DNA of 64,000 bases from the human T2T-CHM13v2.0 reference genome, Homo sapiens: the NCBI RefSeq assembly GCF_009914755.1, contig NC_060939.1; one strand, 5' to 3'. Below the pieces are notes generated by a model. The model worked only from the letters and a program-made list of their open reading frames with translations, ran no database searches and had not been told where the DNA came from. Positions 26,091-39,361 of the stretch are shown piece by piece. Position 1 is the stretch's first letter, and the number at the start of each line of letters is the position of its first letter. The position numbers and the translations under genes were made by a program.

Positions 26091-27675
26091 GTATAAATAT
26101 TAATAGATACTTCTTAACCTAATCTGGGAAGTCCCACAGAAGACAAACAGTACTTTTCAAATATTCTATACCATATAGCAATACCAATAGAGAAAAATAT
26201 TATCATTCTGTTTGTTAGGTCAAATGAGATCTGAATGTAAAATCAAATTCTGTCTTCAGTGTATAACCTTGGAAATGAGATCGCTTTCTATGTTGAAAAG
26301 ACTTGTGGAAAAATATTACAGGAATAAAACAATGCATTTTGTGGTTGTTGGTTTCAAAATGATTAAAAGAGGATTACACTTATTAAGAAAAAATAAGATT
26401 GCATGTTATTTGAACATTATAGCTCTAGCTACATGATGTCTTTTTGAGAAAATTAATTATTAGTTTTCCAAACCATTAAACCAGAGGCTGGAGTACAGAT
26501 CAAAGTTGGTTTTTTTTGTGTGAATTTTCTTTGGTACCAAATATAATTTTTTCCCTTTCTAGTGACTTCCTTGAACAGAACTGATTGGCCTCATAAGTGA
26601 CCCTTAATAGAAATCACCAAACAGAGGCAGAAATGGAAGCTTGATGACTTAGTCCTTCCTCTTGTAACTGCAGATAAGAGTAAACAATTGTTTTCCAAAA
26701 GTTTGCATATACCATTGCACTTCCTTTAATGAGAAATACTTGTTCACAGGGTTACAGCTAGATTAAATGATCCAAAAGTTAGCCCCATACCAGTTGATTA
26801 CTCTTATTCTTCCAACTGTTAGAGCAGGGCATAATGCACACTACAAAATTTGAGAGAGAAAATACTTTTCCTTCTTCCCTGACTTTATACCAGAATTGCT
26901 ATGTTGGTAAATTAAACATAATTATTCTTTCACTTCTGACTTTACTCTTGGAGAAACATCCTCCTGTTTATGTAGTACAATAAGATGGACAATAGACATC
27001 AAAGGCTCCCATATGTCTTCCTTAGTGGCTTCCCATAATGCTGAGAATTCTTCTGTAAACATCAAATCATTTAAACCTAGAACTATGTGACCTTGGTAGA
27101 AAATGACTTTAACTTACTTAACTTTTCATTTCCTCATAAAAATAAAGTTAATGCCAAAACTCAATTGTTCATCCTTCTTTTTTAGAGAGAAACTATTTTT
27201 GTAAATGAAGTCCTATTTGGAATCCCAATTATAAAGCAAATAACATCATAACTGTTCTACTTGATTGGAGGCAGTGGATGCAGAATCCTAGATGTGAAGA
27301 CCTTGCCTCAGCCCCTGAAGCCTCTCTGGGAAACCACAGGGCCTCTCAGAAAACAGTTTGAAAATCGATGGGCAATATGATCACCACAAGACCTTTTAGT
27401 TCTGAGACACTTTGATTCCAATAAGTAATTACTGAATGTTTCCATGTTATTTGCTCTATACTCTGGTATAGTTCATGGGAATCAACAGGAGAGGTCCCGC
27501 TCATCAAAGGATTGCATGATTTGGGTAAATGGAAAGCCTAAGAATTTTTTAGGGTAAGCAGGACCACTCCAAGGGGGCAGAGAGGAGTGCTGTGTTTGGT
27601 GGTGAACAGTGAGACATGAAGGGAGATACTGCCCTTCCCCAAAAGGTGGGGGAAGAATCATCAACCTTTCAAAGT

Positions 27676-27734
27676 TGGCATGCAAAGTCTTTGATATATA
27701 GAAATGGTGGCATGCAAAGTCTTTGATTTATAGA
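27676..27734. repeat. 27-bp tandem duplication (period 32)
   Basis: TGGCATGCAAAGTCTTTGATWTATAGA twice, one mismatch. Confidence 0.95.
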
Positions 27735-27954
27735 GAACCTTTTGCCACAGAGGTTGAGGCTAGGATGCAACAATGGTGGAAACTGCCATTACCACTTGGC
27801 CTTCCACCCAAGCCACTGTGTGATATAAAGCCTTCTGCTTAAAGCCAGGGGCACAGGTATAGTTAGGGAACCTGTGAAAATTTTCTTGTTAAAATTCTAC
27901 TTTCTAAAAGAAGGAAGAAAGTTACTATCCCCAACATTTCCTCTTCACAACTTA

Positions 27955-28585
27955 TGAAGCAACATCATTCATCTGGGATAATACCTGAGGTTCGTTGCCT
28001 CATGCCAAGGAAATCAAGGACATGAACACTTGTGGAGTGAGGTTAAGAGCCGAGGTTTAATATGCAAAGAAAGAGAAAAGAGAGTAGCTCTCTTTCCTGC
28101 AGAGAGAGAGGGGCTCCTGAGTGGGTCTTCCAGTCCCATCGTGAAGTGCATGGGTTTTTATAGACTGGATTGAGGAAGTGGTGTCTGATTTACATAGGGC
28201 CCAAAGATTGGCCCAGGCATGATGTTTACATAGTGCCTGAAGGAGCTGGCCACCCACCTTAATCTATTATGCAAATGAGGTTTCTACCTGGCCAGCGCCA
28301 TGTTGTCTGCTTCTTACTGTACACATGGTTGATAAAAGGAAAGATGGAACTGTCATGTTGAATATGTCTAGCCCCCAGGTAGTCTTTTACTATTGTCACA
28401 TCTGCCGACATTCACTCGTGCAAGCTTCCAGCTTGCTTATCTATGTTTGCAGCTCAATTTTACAGGCTGCTTTTTGTTAGAAAAGAAATAATTTTGGTGC
28501 TGCTTTTTATAAAAAGAGAAACCTTACTGAGGACTTTCTTACCCTCACTATCTGCCAAAATAATTTCTTTTTAACGCTCATGTCA
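27955..28585 (-). mobile_element. LTR9-family solo LTR (ERV1, HUERS-P3 type)
   Basis: Minus strand begins TGA...AAAGAAATTATTT.GGCAGATAGTGAGGGTAAG...GCAAGCTGGAAGCTTGCAC and ends ...GCTTCA, matching my recall of the LTR9 consensus; ~630 bp. Confidence 0.8.
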
Positions 28586-29363
28586 GTTGGACCTCTCTGC
28601 TCAGAGCCAACCCAAGTTACAGGTTGAGGCCCATGGACAGTACTACCCCTAAACATTGCTTTCCCCTAATGCCAAAAGTCCACATTAAAATGAAAATACT
28701 TCTGAGAGAGTGAGTTATGCCTTGATCAAACATTATCTTGCATGTAATAGTAGGTGAAACCAGAGTATGAAGCAACAGGGTTGCAAATAGGTACAGTAAA
28801 TAGTGTTTTTCAGGTTAAATGGATATGCAGATGTATCTTGATAAATTGTGTCATATTTTACTCTTTATCATGTTAGGCGAGATTTTTTTTTTTCCACCTC
28901 TCCTCCACACTCAACCCAACCTACATCTTACCCCTTAAATTGCAAACTCGTTGGGAGAAGAGATTATTGCATGTAAAGTCTGTCAATAAATGTTGGTTAA
29001 GCAAAAGAGAGATAGAGAAAAGGAGGGAGGGAAGGAGAGAGAAAAGAAAGAATGCTACTGCATCCCCTCTGTGTAGCTTTATGGCATTCATGATCTACTA
29101 AACTCTGGGATTATTTTAGAGATAGTAGGAAGACAAGTAGTGGGAAAATCAGCATATTTTAACAGTTGGTTAAAGAAGAATATAAGCAGAAAAATCAGAG
29201 TGGCAACTGGAACAAAGAAGAAAGTCAGGTCAGATATCTGCAGCTGTAGTAGGAAAGAATGGAGTATTAGAAGCTGGTTAGGTCCGGGGAAGTCTTTCCG
29301 GGGGTAATCACACAAAGCAAGCTGTTAAGTTCTGCAGGTTGCTTGTTAAAACATTATAAGATG

Positions 29364-29774
<411 letters not shown>

Positions 29775-30129
29775 TCACACCTCTGAAAGGCTTACTTTGT
29801 GCATTTACTCAGGGTCTTCCACCTGAACATACAGCTCTGCCTCACCAGTGTGCACTCACACTATGACTGGCAGCTCCTTTTTTATCCCCAAACCACTGCC
29901 AAAAACACTAGTATGTAAATTTTGTAGAAAGCATGATGTTACCTCCTTAATGTATGCATCCTCTTTCTATAGATTATTTTCTGCAGTCTTAAGGACACAC
30001 TATGATCCCAATAGCCTGCCACTGGAATACTTTTCTTTTCATTGACACTTTTAATTAAAAGAATAAAGCACTAAGGATGAAATTGGAGTCTCCTTATTTG
30101 GCTCTCTTGTCCTATATCCTTCCTTCCTT

Positions 30130-31221
30130 AGGGGCAATCACTATAAAAAATTTAATGTCCATCCTTCCAGGTTATGTTGCATTATTTTACTATTCATAAA
30201 TATAGTAGAAGTGGAGCTTTGTGATTTTAAATTTTTTATACAAATAATGCTATACCGGTTGATCTACAACTTGCTTTTTTCACTCCATTTTAGATTTTTG
30301 AAAACTACTCACATGGATGCCTATCAGTCTAATTCATTCATTTTAACATATTCTACTATATAAACATAGCAAAACTTATCCATTCCCTATCAATAGGCAT
30401 TTATACCACATCATATTTTTGTTTGCTACTGCAAATAATGCAGTAAACATATTTCTACATATAACCTTTTACCTCTATGTAAGAGTTTATGTCGTGTACC
30501 TAGAGGCAGAATTTTGGGGCAAAGAGATTAGCAAGTTTAAAACTTATTAGATATTGCTATTTATTTCTTCAGAATCTTTGTATAAATTTTTATTATTGGC
30601 AGCATTACATGAATGTTTCCATGCATAAGAATGTGGTAGTCTCAGGTATTTAATTATTTTCCGTTCCAGTGGCTGTGAAATAATATATCACTACTATAGT
30701 GACTGCACAATCTTCATGGCTGAAGATTTGAGCATCTTTTCCTTTGTTTTTAATTCAGATTTCCACTTAATGAATTGGAATTTAAAATGCATTCCCCACT
30801 TTTCTACTGGATTGTTTTTCAAGTTCTTTTATTATAGATGCCAATCCTCCATTTGCTCTATGTTCTGGAAATATATACTGTTCTTTTATTTTTTAATTTT
30901 ATGATATATTTTTACTTGTAATGTGCTTAAGTTGATCATTCTTATCCTTCATGACTTATGCTTTCAGAGTCCTAAAATATTTTTAGCTCACTGTTATACA
31001 TATACTTACATATTTCCTACATTTTCAAATGAATTTTAGAAGACTACATTGATGTTTTAATGTACAAAAATGTATTTGGGTATATGCTTTGAGAAAGGAA
31101 GCTAATATTTTTTAAATTCTTTTTTCCATATGGAAACCAGTTGTGCCAACATTATCAATTGCATCCTTCACTGTGGTTTTGTGCTGCTGTTTCTTTATTT
31201 TATAATAAGTCAGTTCCCATG
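30130..31221 (-). mobile_element. old L1ME-type 3' fragment, host of the Tigger1 insertion (resumes after 37293)
   Basis: Degenerate antisense L1 3' sequence that continues collinearly on the far side of Tigger1. Confidence 0.6.
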
Positions 31222-31223
31222 TA

Positions 31224-31279
31224 CAGGCATATCTTGTTTTATTGTAGTTTGCTTTATTTTGCTTCACACTTCACAGGTA
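31224..31279 (+). mobile_element. Tigger1 left end (TIR)
   Basis: TA|CAGGCATATCTTGTTTTATTG...CTTCACAG matches the Tigger1 5' terminus. Confidence 0.85.
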
Positions 31280-31281
31280 CC

Positions 31282-31415
31282 ATTTTATTTTTCTTTTTAA
31301 AATTGATACATAATCGAGGTACATATTTTGGGGGTACATGTAATAATTTGATATTCATACAATGTGTAAAGATCAAATCAGGGTAATTGGGACATCCATC
31401 ATCTTAAATATTTTA
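31282..31415 (-). mobile_element. short L1MA5-like 3' end
   Basis: ttgatacataat...ggggtacatgt...aaatcagggtaattgggacatccatcatcttaaa. Confidence 0.75.
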
Positions 31416-31524
31416 AAAATAATTTTATTTTAATTTTTTCTTTAAAGTTGTATCTGCTTTCATTTGGATAAAACTTAAAAGGCAGTATCAATCATAGTTT
31501 GCTCAAGGATGTGGAAATTCAAAG

Positions 31525-31775
31525 AATTCATTTTCAGAAATATTCATTGATTACTATATTCCTAGCCCTGGGGATACTGAGGACAGTAGGGATACTGAGA
31601 TGAATGACATGATTTCCCTCAAGACTCTCAATCTATTAGGAGATGAAGGCATGTGATTTATAAATTATGGTATGACTTTGATGACCTGGTAAGGCAGCAA
31701 TAGACGCATAGAAGAAGGAGACAGTAACAGTATCAAGGACCACTTTCCAAAGAAGATGCCACCTCATTGGGTTAT
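31525..31775 (-). mobile_element. L2 3'-end fragment located inside Tigger1
   Basis: attcattttcagaaatattcattgattactat...gggatactgagatgaatgacatgatttccctcaagactctcaatcta. Confidence 0.65.
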
Positions 31776-31789
31776 TTTATAGTCATTTT

Positions 31790-31922
31790 AAATTTTTTTA
31801 ATTGAGATAAAATATACATATAAAATTTACCATCCACATCATTTTAATTATATAGTTCAGTGGTAATAAATACATTTATATTCTTTTTTCTCCTTGCCCG
31901 CCCCCTCACCTACCCTTCCCAG
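31790..31922 (-). mobile_element. short L1MA5A-like 3' end
   Basis: ttgagataaaatatacatat...agttcagtggtaataaatacatttatattc...tacccttccc. Confidence 0.65.
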
Positions 31923-33315
31923 AATTTTATTGGTTTAATTGAAACATAATAGATGTACATATTTTCAAGGTACATGTGATAATCTAGCACTTTTCTTTAA
32001 TGTGTATATATCAAACCAGTGTAATTAGAATATTCATCATCTTAATTATTTGTCTTTTCTTTATGCTACAAACATTTGAAATATCCCCTTCTAGCTATTT
32101 TGAAATATACAATAGATAATCATAAAGTATAGTCACACTTCTGTTCTATTGAACATGATGTCTTATTTTTTGTCTATCTAACTCTATATTTGTGCCCACT
32201 AATCAGCCTATCTTTATAACCTCTTCCCCCATACCCTTCCCAGCCTCTGGTAACCACCAATGTACTGGCTACCTTCAAGAGGTCCACTTTCTTAGCTCTC
32301 ATAGATGAGTGAGAACATGCAATATTTGTCTTTCTGTGCTTAGCATATTTCAGTAATCATAATAACTTCCAGTTTCATCCATATTGTTGCAAATAACAAT
32401 ATTTTATTCATTTTCATGACTGAATAATTTTCCATTGTGTATATATGCCACGTTGTCTCTATGCATTCATCCACTGATGGGAACTTAGGTTGATTCCACA
32501 TGTTGGCTATTGTAAATAGTGCTGCGATAAACATGAGAATGCAGACATTTCTTTAATATATTGATTTTCTTTCTTTTGAGTTTATATCTAGTAATGGAAT
32601 TGCTGAACCATATGGTAGTTTTAAGTTTTTTGAGGAACCTCCGTATAGTTTTCCATAGTGGCTGTACTAATTCACATTCTTACCAGCAGTGTATGATGGT
32701 TCCCCTTTCTCCATATCCTTGCCAGCATCATTATTACTGATCTTTTTGATAAAAAACTGTTTTAGCTAGGGTAAGATGATATCACATTATGGTTTTGATA
32801 TGCATTTCCCTGATGATTGGAGATGTTGAGTTTTTTTCATATACCATTTGTATGTCTTATTTTGATAAATGGCTATTCAGATATTTTGCCCATTTTTGCT
32901 TCCGATTAGTTTTTGTTGTTGTTGTTGTTGTTATTGAGTTATTTGAGCTCCTTATATATTCTGATTATTAATTCCTGGTCAGATGGATAGTTTGCAAATA
33001 TTTTCTTCCATTCCGTGGGATATCTCTTCACTTTTTTGATTGTTTTCTTTGCTGTGCCAGGACCTTTTACCTTGATGTAACCCAATTTTTTTATTTTTGC
33101 TTTTGTTTTCTGTTCTTTTGAGGTCTTACACAAAAATCCTTTGCCCAGTCTGATGTTCTCAAGTGTTTTTCCAATATTATCTTCTAGTAGTTTTATAGTT
33201 TCAGGCCTTAGATTAAAGCCTTTATCCATTTTGATATGATTGTTGTATATGATGTGAGGTAGAGGTCTAGTTTCATTCTTCTGCATATGGTAATAGAGTT
33301 TTCTCAGAACTATTA

Positions 33316-33370
<55 letters not shown>

Positions 33371-34980
33371 CTCTATCTCTAGCTCTCTCTCTATTTACAG
33401 ACAGGGTCTCACTCTGTTGCCCAAGCTGGAGTGCATTGGGACAATCTTGACTCACTGCAGCCTCAACCTCTGGGCACAAGTGAGTCTCCTGCCTCTGCCT
33501 CCTGAGTACTTGGGGCTACCGGCACATGCCACTAGTGCAGCTATTTTTTGCATTTTTTTGTAGAGATGGGATTTTGCCATGTTGCCCAGGCTGGTCTCAA
33601 ACTCCTGAGCTCAAGTGATTTCCCCGCCTTGGCCTCCCAAAGTGCTGAGGTTACAAACATGTACTACCACGCCTGGCCCCAAACCATATATTGAGAAGAG
33701 TGTCTTTTCCCTATTATATGTTCTTGGCATCTTTGTTGAAAATGTGTTGGCTGTAAATGTGCAGATTTACATCTGGCTTCTCTCTTCTGTTCCTTTGGTC
33801 TGTGTGTCTGTTTTTATGCCAATACCATGCTGATTTGGTTACTATAGTTTTATAGTATATTTTGAAGTTCAGATAATGTGATGCTTCAGCTTTTTCTTTA
33901 TTTTCAGAAAAAAAAAAGATTGCTTTGGCCTTTTGAGTTCTTACGTGGTTCCATATAAATTTTAGAATTGTTTTTTCTATTTTTGTGAAAATAGTATTGG
34001 CATTTTCATAGTGAGTATATTTAATCTGTGGATTTCTTTGGGTACTATATTCATTTTAACAATATTACTTCTTCTAATTCATGAACATGGAATATCCACT
34101 TTCTTGTGTCCTCTTCAATTTTTTTTCATCAGTGTTTTTTAGTTTTTCTTGTATAGATATTTTACTTCTTTGGTTAAATTGATCCCTAAGTATTTTCTTC
34201 TTGTAGCTATTTTAATTGGATTGCTTTCTTGATTTTTTATTCAGATTGTTTGCTGTTGATATATAGAAATGATACTGATTTTTGCATGTTGATTTTCTAA
34301 CCTGCAACTGTACTGAATTCGTTTATCCCTTCTTATAATTTTTTGGTGGAGTCTAGGTTTTTCTAATATAATATCATGTCATCTGTGAATAGGGATAATT
34401 CAACTCATTACCTTCCAGTTTGAATGTCCTTTGTTTTGCTGCCCTACTTACTCTGGCCAGGACTTCCAGTATTATATTGGATAAAAGTGGTAAAAGTGGG
34501 CATCATTGTCTTGTTCTAGGTTTTTGAGGAAACGCTTTTAATTTTTCCCTGTTCTGTATGTTAGCTATGTGTTTGTCATTTATGGCCTTTATTATTTTGA
34601 GGTATGTTTTTTCTATACTCTGTTTGTTGCGGTTTTTATCATGAAGGGACGTTAAATTTTATCAAATGCTTTTTCAGCATCTATTGAAATGATCTTACGG
34701 TTTTTTTTTTTTTGGTTCTGTTAATGTGATGTATCACATTGATTGACATGAGTATCTTGAACCATACTACTTGCATCCTAGGAATAAATCCCACTTGATC
34801 ATGGTGAATGAGTTTGGAAGTATTCCCTCCTCTCCAGTTTTTTGTTTTTTTTTTTAAAGAATTTGTGTAGAATTGCTGTTAGTAGTTCTTAAATATTTAG
34901 TAGAATTCAGTGGTGAAGCCATCAGGTCCTGGGCTTTTCTTTGATCGGAGACTTTTTATTATAGCTTCTATCTTATTACT
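31923..34980 (-). mobile_element. L1MA5-like LINE, 5'-truncated (3' UTR + ORF2 C-terminal half), decayed
   Basis: Minus ORFs give L1 ORF2 peptides MFIAALFTIANMWNQPK and LRPETIKLLEDNIGKTL. Confidence 0.9.
33318..33678 (-). mobile_element. AluJ with (CT)n tail, inserted in the L1MA
   Basis: (CT)n then acagggtctcactctgttgcccaagctggag ... cctggcc. Confidence 0.92.
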
Positions 34981-34998
34981 CAGTAAAGGAAAGCTGAA

Positions 34999-37293
34999 AG
35001 ATATTGCGTTTTTTTACAAATCAAAGGTCTGTGGCAATCCTGCATTGAGCAAGTGGTTAGGCAACATTCTTTCAAGAACAGTCTCACTTCATGTCTCTGT
35101 ATCACATTTGGTAATTCTTGAAATATTTTAATTTTTTCATGATTATTATGTGTATTATAGTGATCTGTGATCAGTGACCTTTGATATTACTATTGTAATT
35201 GTTTTGGAACACCGCATACTGTGCCCATTTATAATGGTGAACTTAAAAAACGTTGTGTGTATTCTGAGTACTCCACATATAGGCCATTACTTCTCTTTCT
35301 CTCTTTTTTGGCATCCTGATTTCTGCAGACACAACAATATTGAAATTAGGCCAATTAGTAACCCTACATTGGCCTCTGAGTGTTTAAGTGAGCTGAAGAG
35401 TCACACATCTCTCACTTTAAATTGAAAACTAGAAATGATTAAGCTTAGCGGGGAAGGCATGTCGAAAGTCAATAGGCTGAAAGGTAGGCCTGTTGTGCCT
35501 GTTAGCCAAGTTGTATAAGGAAAAGTTCTTGAAGGAAATTAAAAATACTACTTCAGTGAATACACAAATGATAAAAAAGCAAAACAACTTTATTGCTAAT
35601 ATAAAGAAAGTTTTAGTGATCTGGATAGATCATATCAGCCACAACATTCTCTTCCTTAAGCCAAAGCCTAATTCACAACAAGGCCCTAAGGCTCCACAAT
35701 TCTATGAAGGGTAAGAGGAGTGAGGAAGCCACAGAAGAAAAGTTTGAAGTTGGAAGAGGTCAGTTCATGGAGTTAAAGGAAAAAGCTCTCTCCATAACAT
35801 AAAAGTACAAGGCAAAGCAAAGAAACAAGTGCTTATGCAGAAGCTGCTGCAAGTTATCCAGAAGACCTAGTTAAGATAATTGATGAAGGTGACTACACTA
35901 AACAACAGATTTTCAATATAGACAAAACAGCCTTCTATTGGACGAAAACGACACCAGGACTTTTAAAGCTGGAGAACAGAAGTCAGTGCCTGGCTTCCAA
36001 GCTTCAAAGAACAAGCTGATTCTCTTATTAGGAGTTAATGCAGCTGGTGACTCTAAGCTGAAGCCAGTGCTCCATTTTGCATTCTGAAAATCCTAGAGCC
36101 TTTGGGAATTATGCTGAGTCTACTCTACTTGTGCTCTGTTAATGGAGCCACAAACCTGGATGATAGCACATTTATTTGCAACGTGGTTTACTGAATACTT
36201 ACACTGCTCAGAAGAAAAAGAAAGATTGCTTTCAAAGTGTTACAGCTCATTTACAATGTACTTGGTCACTCAAGAGCTCTGAAGGAGATGTACAAAGAGA
36301 TTAATGTGTTCACACCTACAAACACAACATCTATTCTGCAGCCCATGGATCAGGGAGTAATTTTGACTCTCAAGTCTCATTATTTAAGAAATACATTTTG
36401 TAAGGCTATAGCTGCCAAACATAGTGATTTATCAGATGAATCTAGGAAAAAGTCAATTGAAAACCTTCTGGAAAGGATTCGCCATTCTAGATGTCATTAA
36501 GGCCATTTGTGATTCATGGGAGGAGGTCAAAATACCAACATTAATAGGAGTTGGAAAAAGTTGATTCCAACCCTCATGGATGACTTTGAGGGGTTCAAGA
36601 CTTCAGTGAAGGAAGTAACTACAGATGTGGTAGAACTAAAAAGAGAACTGGAATTAGATATGAAGCCTGAAAGTGGGAGTGAATTCCTGCAAACTCATGA
36701 TTAAACTTCAGTGAGTGAGGAGTTGCTTCTTATGGATGAGCAAAGTAAATGGGTTTCTGAGATGGCATCTACTCCTGGTGAAGATGTTATTGAACATCGT
36801 TGAAATGACAAAGGATTTAGAATATTACTACGTAAATTTAGTTGATAAAGCAGCAGCAGCGTTTGAGAGGATGGAGTCCAATTTTGAAAGAATTCCTGCT
36901 GTGGGTGAAATGCTATCAAACAGTGTCACAAGGTACAGGCAAATCTTTCCCAGAAGGAAGAGTCAATGAATGTGCCAAGCTTCACTGTTGTCTTATTTCA
37001 ATAAATTGCCACAGTCACCTCACACTTCAACAACCACCACCCTGATTAGTCAGCATTCATCACAATGGAGGCAATAACCTTCATCAGCAAAAAGATTACA
37101 ATTTGCGGAAGGCTCAGACGATTGTTAGTATTTTTAGCAATAAAGTATTTTTAATTAAGGCATGCACATTATTTTTTAGACCTAATGCTATTAAACTAGG
37201 AAACCAAAAAAAGTGTGTGACTCACTTCATTCCAATATTTGCTTTATTATGGTGGTCTGGAACTAAGTCTGCTATGTTTTTGTGGTATGCCTG
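34999..37293 (+). mobile_element. Tigger1 body and right TIR; decayed pogo/CENP-B-like transposase
   Basis: Peptides KFLKEIKNTTSVNTQMIKK (HTH region) and [16 protein letters not shown] (DDE region), broken by stops and frameshifts. Ends GGTATGCCTG, complementary to the left TIR. Confidence 0.93.
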
Positions 37294-39350
37294 TGTGTGT
37301 GTGTTTTGTGGCCCTCTGTTTTGTTGCAATAATTATTTTTTAAATGTGTTGTATGACAATATCATAGTTTCTCAATTATCACAGCTTTTTAATTTCCCTT
37401 GATATTTAATAGGGCAATGATGCTCTTCTTTTTCTTCTTTTTTCAGTGTTTGCTTGACTATTTTTGTAGAAGTCTTTCAAAAAAATCTTATCGTGTTATT
37501 GATTCTGAGTGTATTGTCTTTATATATTAATTTTTAGAAGACTGTATCTTTATATACTAAGCTTTTTACCTATAAAATTTTGTCAGTTTATTCATGTATT
37601 CTTTTATCTCTTTCAAAAATGCTTTATATTTTTCTCTGTAAAGGTATTGCACTGCTTTTGTCAGATTTATCTTATGGACATAATATAATCATTATGTTAT
37701 TGTGAATGAATTATTTTTGTATTGTATTACCTATTTTTATCATTAAAATATGGGCATAGTGTTAAGTTTTTTATGTTGATCTTATATGGAGTGAACTTAA
37801 CAAGTATTCTTATTGATTTTAATAGGCTGTCTATAGGTTGCTTTGGACTTTTTAATGTAGCCAGTAATATTTGCTAATATGGCAGCTAGTCTGTAAATTA
37901 TGATTTTGTTGCAATCTTGTTCCATTTTTTTTTTCTTATTTCATTAGTTAGGGCTTTGGGGCACTTTGTTAAATTGTAGAAATGATAACAGTCCTATGTG
38001 TCTGATTTCTGATCTTACACTTAATAATTTCTAAATGGTGTACCATGTTTTTAATAAATACATTTCATCAGATCAAGGAAATTTCTGGAGATTTTCTTAG
38101 TTTCTTAAAATGCTTGTGCTTTGTTTTGGTTCTTTAGTTAGTTTTTGGTAGTTGTGAATAAATGTTTAATTTTATTAAAAATAGTTTACTGTATATAATG
38201 AGATAATTTTAGGTTTCTTTTTTCAATCCTTTAACATGGTGAATTGTACCAATAGATTTTTAAAATTGACTTATTTGAGGTATAATCTCTCTGTATGTAT
38301 AATGCATCCATTGTATGTGTGCAGTTTGATACATTTTTGGCTACCGTACGAATCCTTGTAGCCAATTTCACAATCAAGATAGAAAAAAAAATTAATCACC
38401 ACAGAATGTTCTGTCATGCCCCCTTGTAGTCAATTATCTTTGCTGTGAAGGCAACTGCTGATCTGATTTTCATCAAGATCAAGTTTTGCTTGATCTTGAA
38501 TTTCAAATAATGGAATAATGCAGTGTGTACAATTTTGCATCTAGCTTCTTTCAGTTAGCACAATGGTATTGAGAGCTATCCATATTTGTATGTGTATCAG
38601 CAATATATTTCTTGTTGTTTGGATAGAGCAAAATTTGTTTATACATTCATGTGTTGATTGACATTTATGTTATTTCCAGTATTTGGGTATTATTAATAAA
38701 GCTGCTATGAAATTTCACATTTAAGTATTCATGTGAACATGTATTTTAATTTTTCTTTCTAGTAGTGGAATACCTTGGTTATATGGCAAACGTATGTTTA
38801 AATTTTTAAGTAATAGCTACCCTGTTTCTAAAGTGATTGTAGTTTTTTACATTCTTCCCTGAAGTGTAGCAGAGTTTGTGTTGCTTCACATCTTATCAAC
38901 TCTTATTATTGTCAGTCTTTTTAATTGCAGCTATTTTAAAGTATTTGTCATGGTATCTTATGGTTTCAAATTTCATTACCCCAAGACTAATGATATTGAG
39001 TATCTTTAGGTGTACTTTTCCCTATTCATATATTCTCTTGTACAGTCTCCATTCAACTCTTTTGTCCACTTGTAAATTGGTTTGTTATCTTGATATAGTA
39101 TTCTAGATATAACTAGAGAGAGATGTAATGAATATCTATGTGTGTTTATATATACTTATATATACATTTATATGGATATATAAATGATATGGATAATATA
39201 AATTATTTTCATATGTATTTTTTTCTTAGTATATTTCTTAGTATGTTTTCTTAGTATTTCATTTTCTTAAAGATATCTTGCAAAGAGCATAACTTTAAAT
39301 CTTGATTAAATCAAATTCAAAAGTAATAAATCAAAGTAATTTATTTTTCT
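37294..39350 (-). mobile_element. nested old L1M fragments (L1ME continuation plus another L1M 3' end from ~38260)
   Basis: Antisense L1 ORF2/3' UTR-like sequence. Confidence 0.6.
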
Positions 39351-39361
39351 TTTAACACTGA

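Noticed and set aside
35385-36970. Tigger1 transposase as a functional or domesticated gene
   Set aside because: The reading frame is broken into short pieces by stops and frameshifts.
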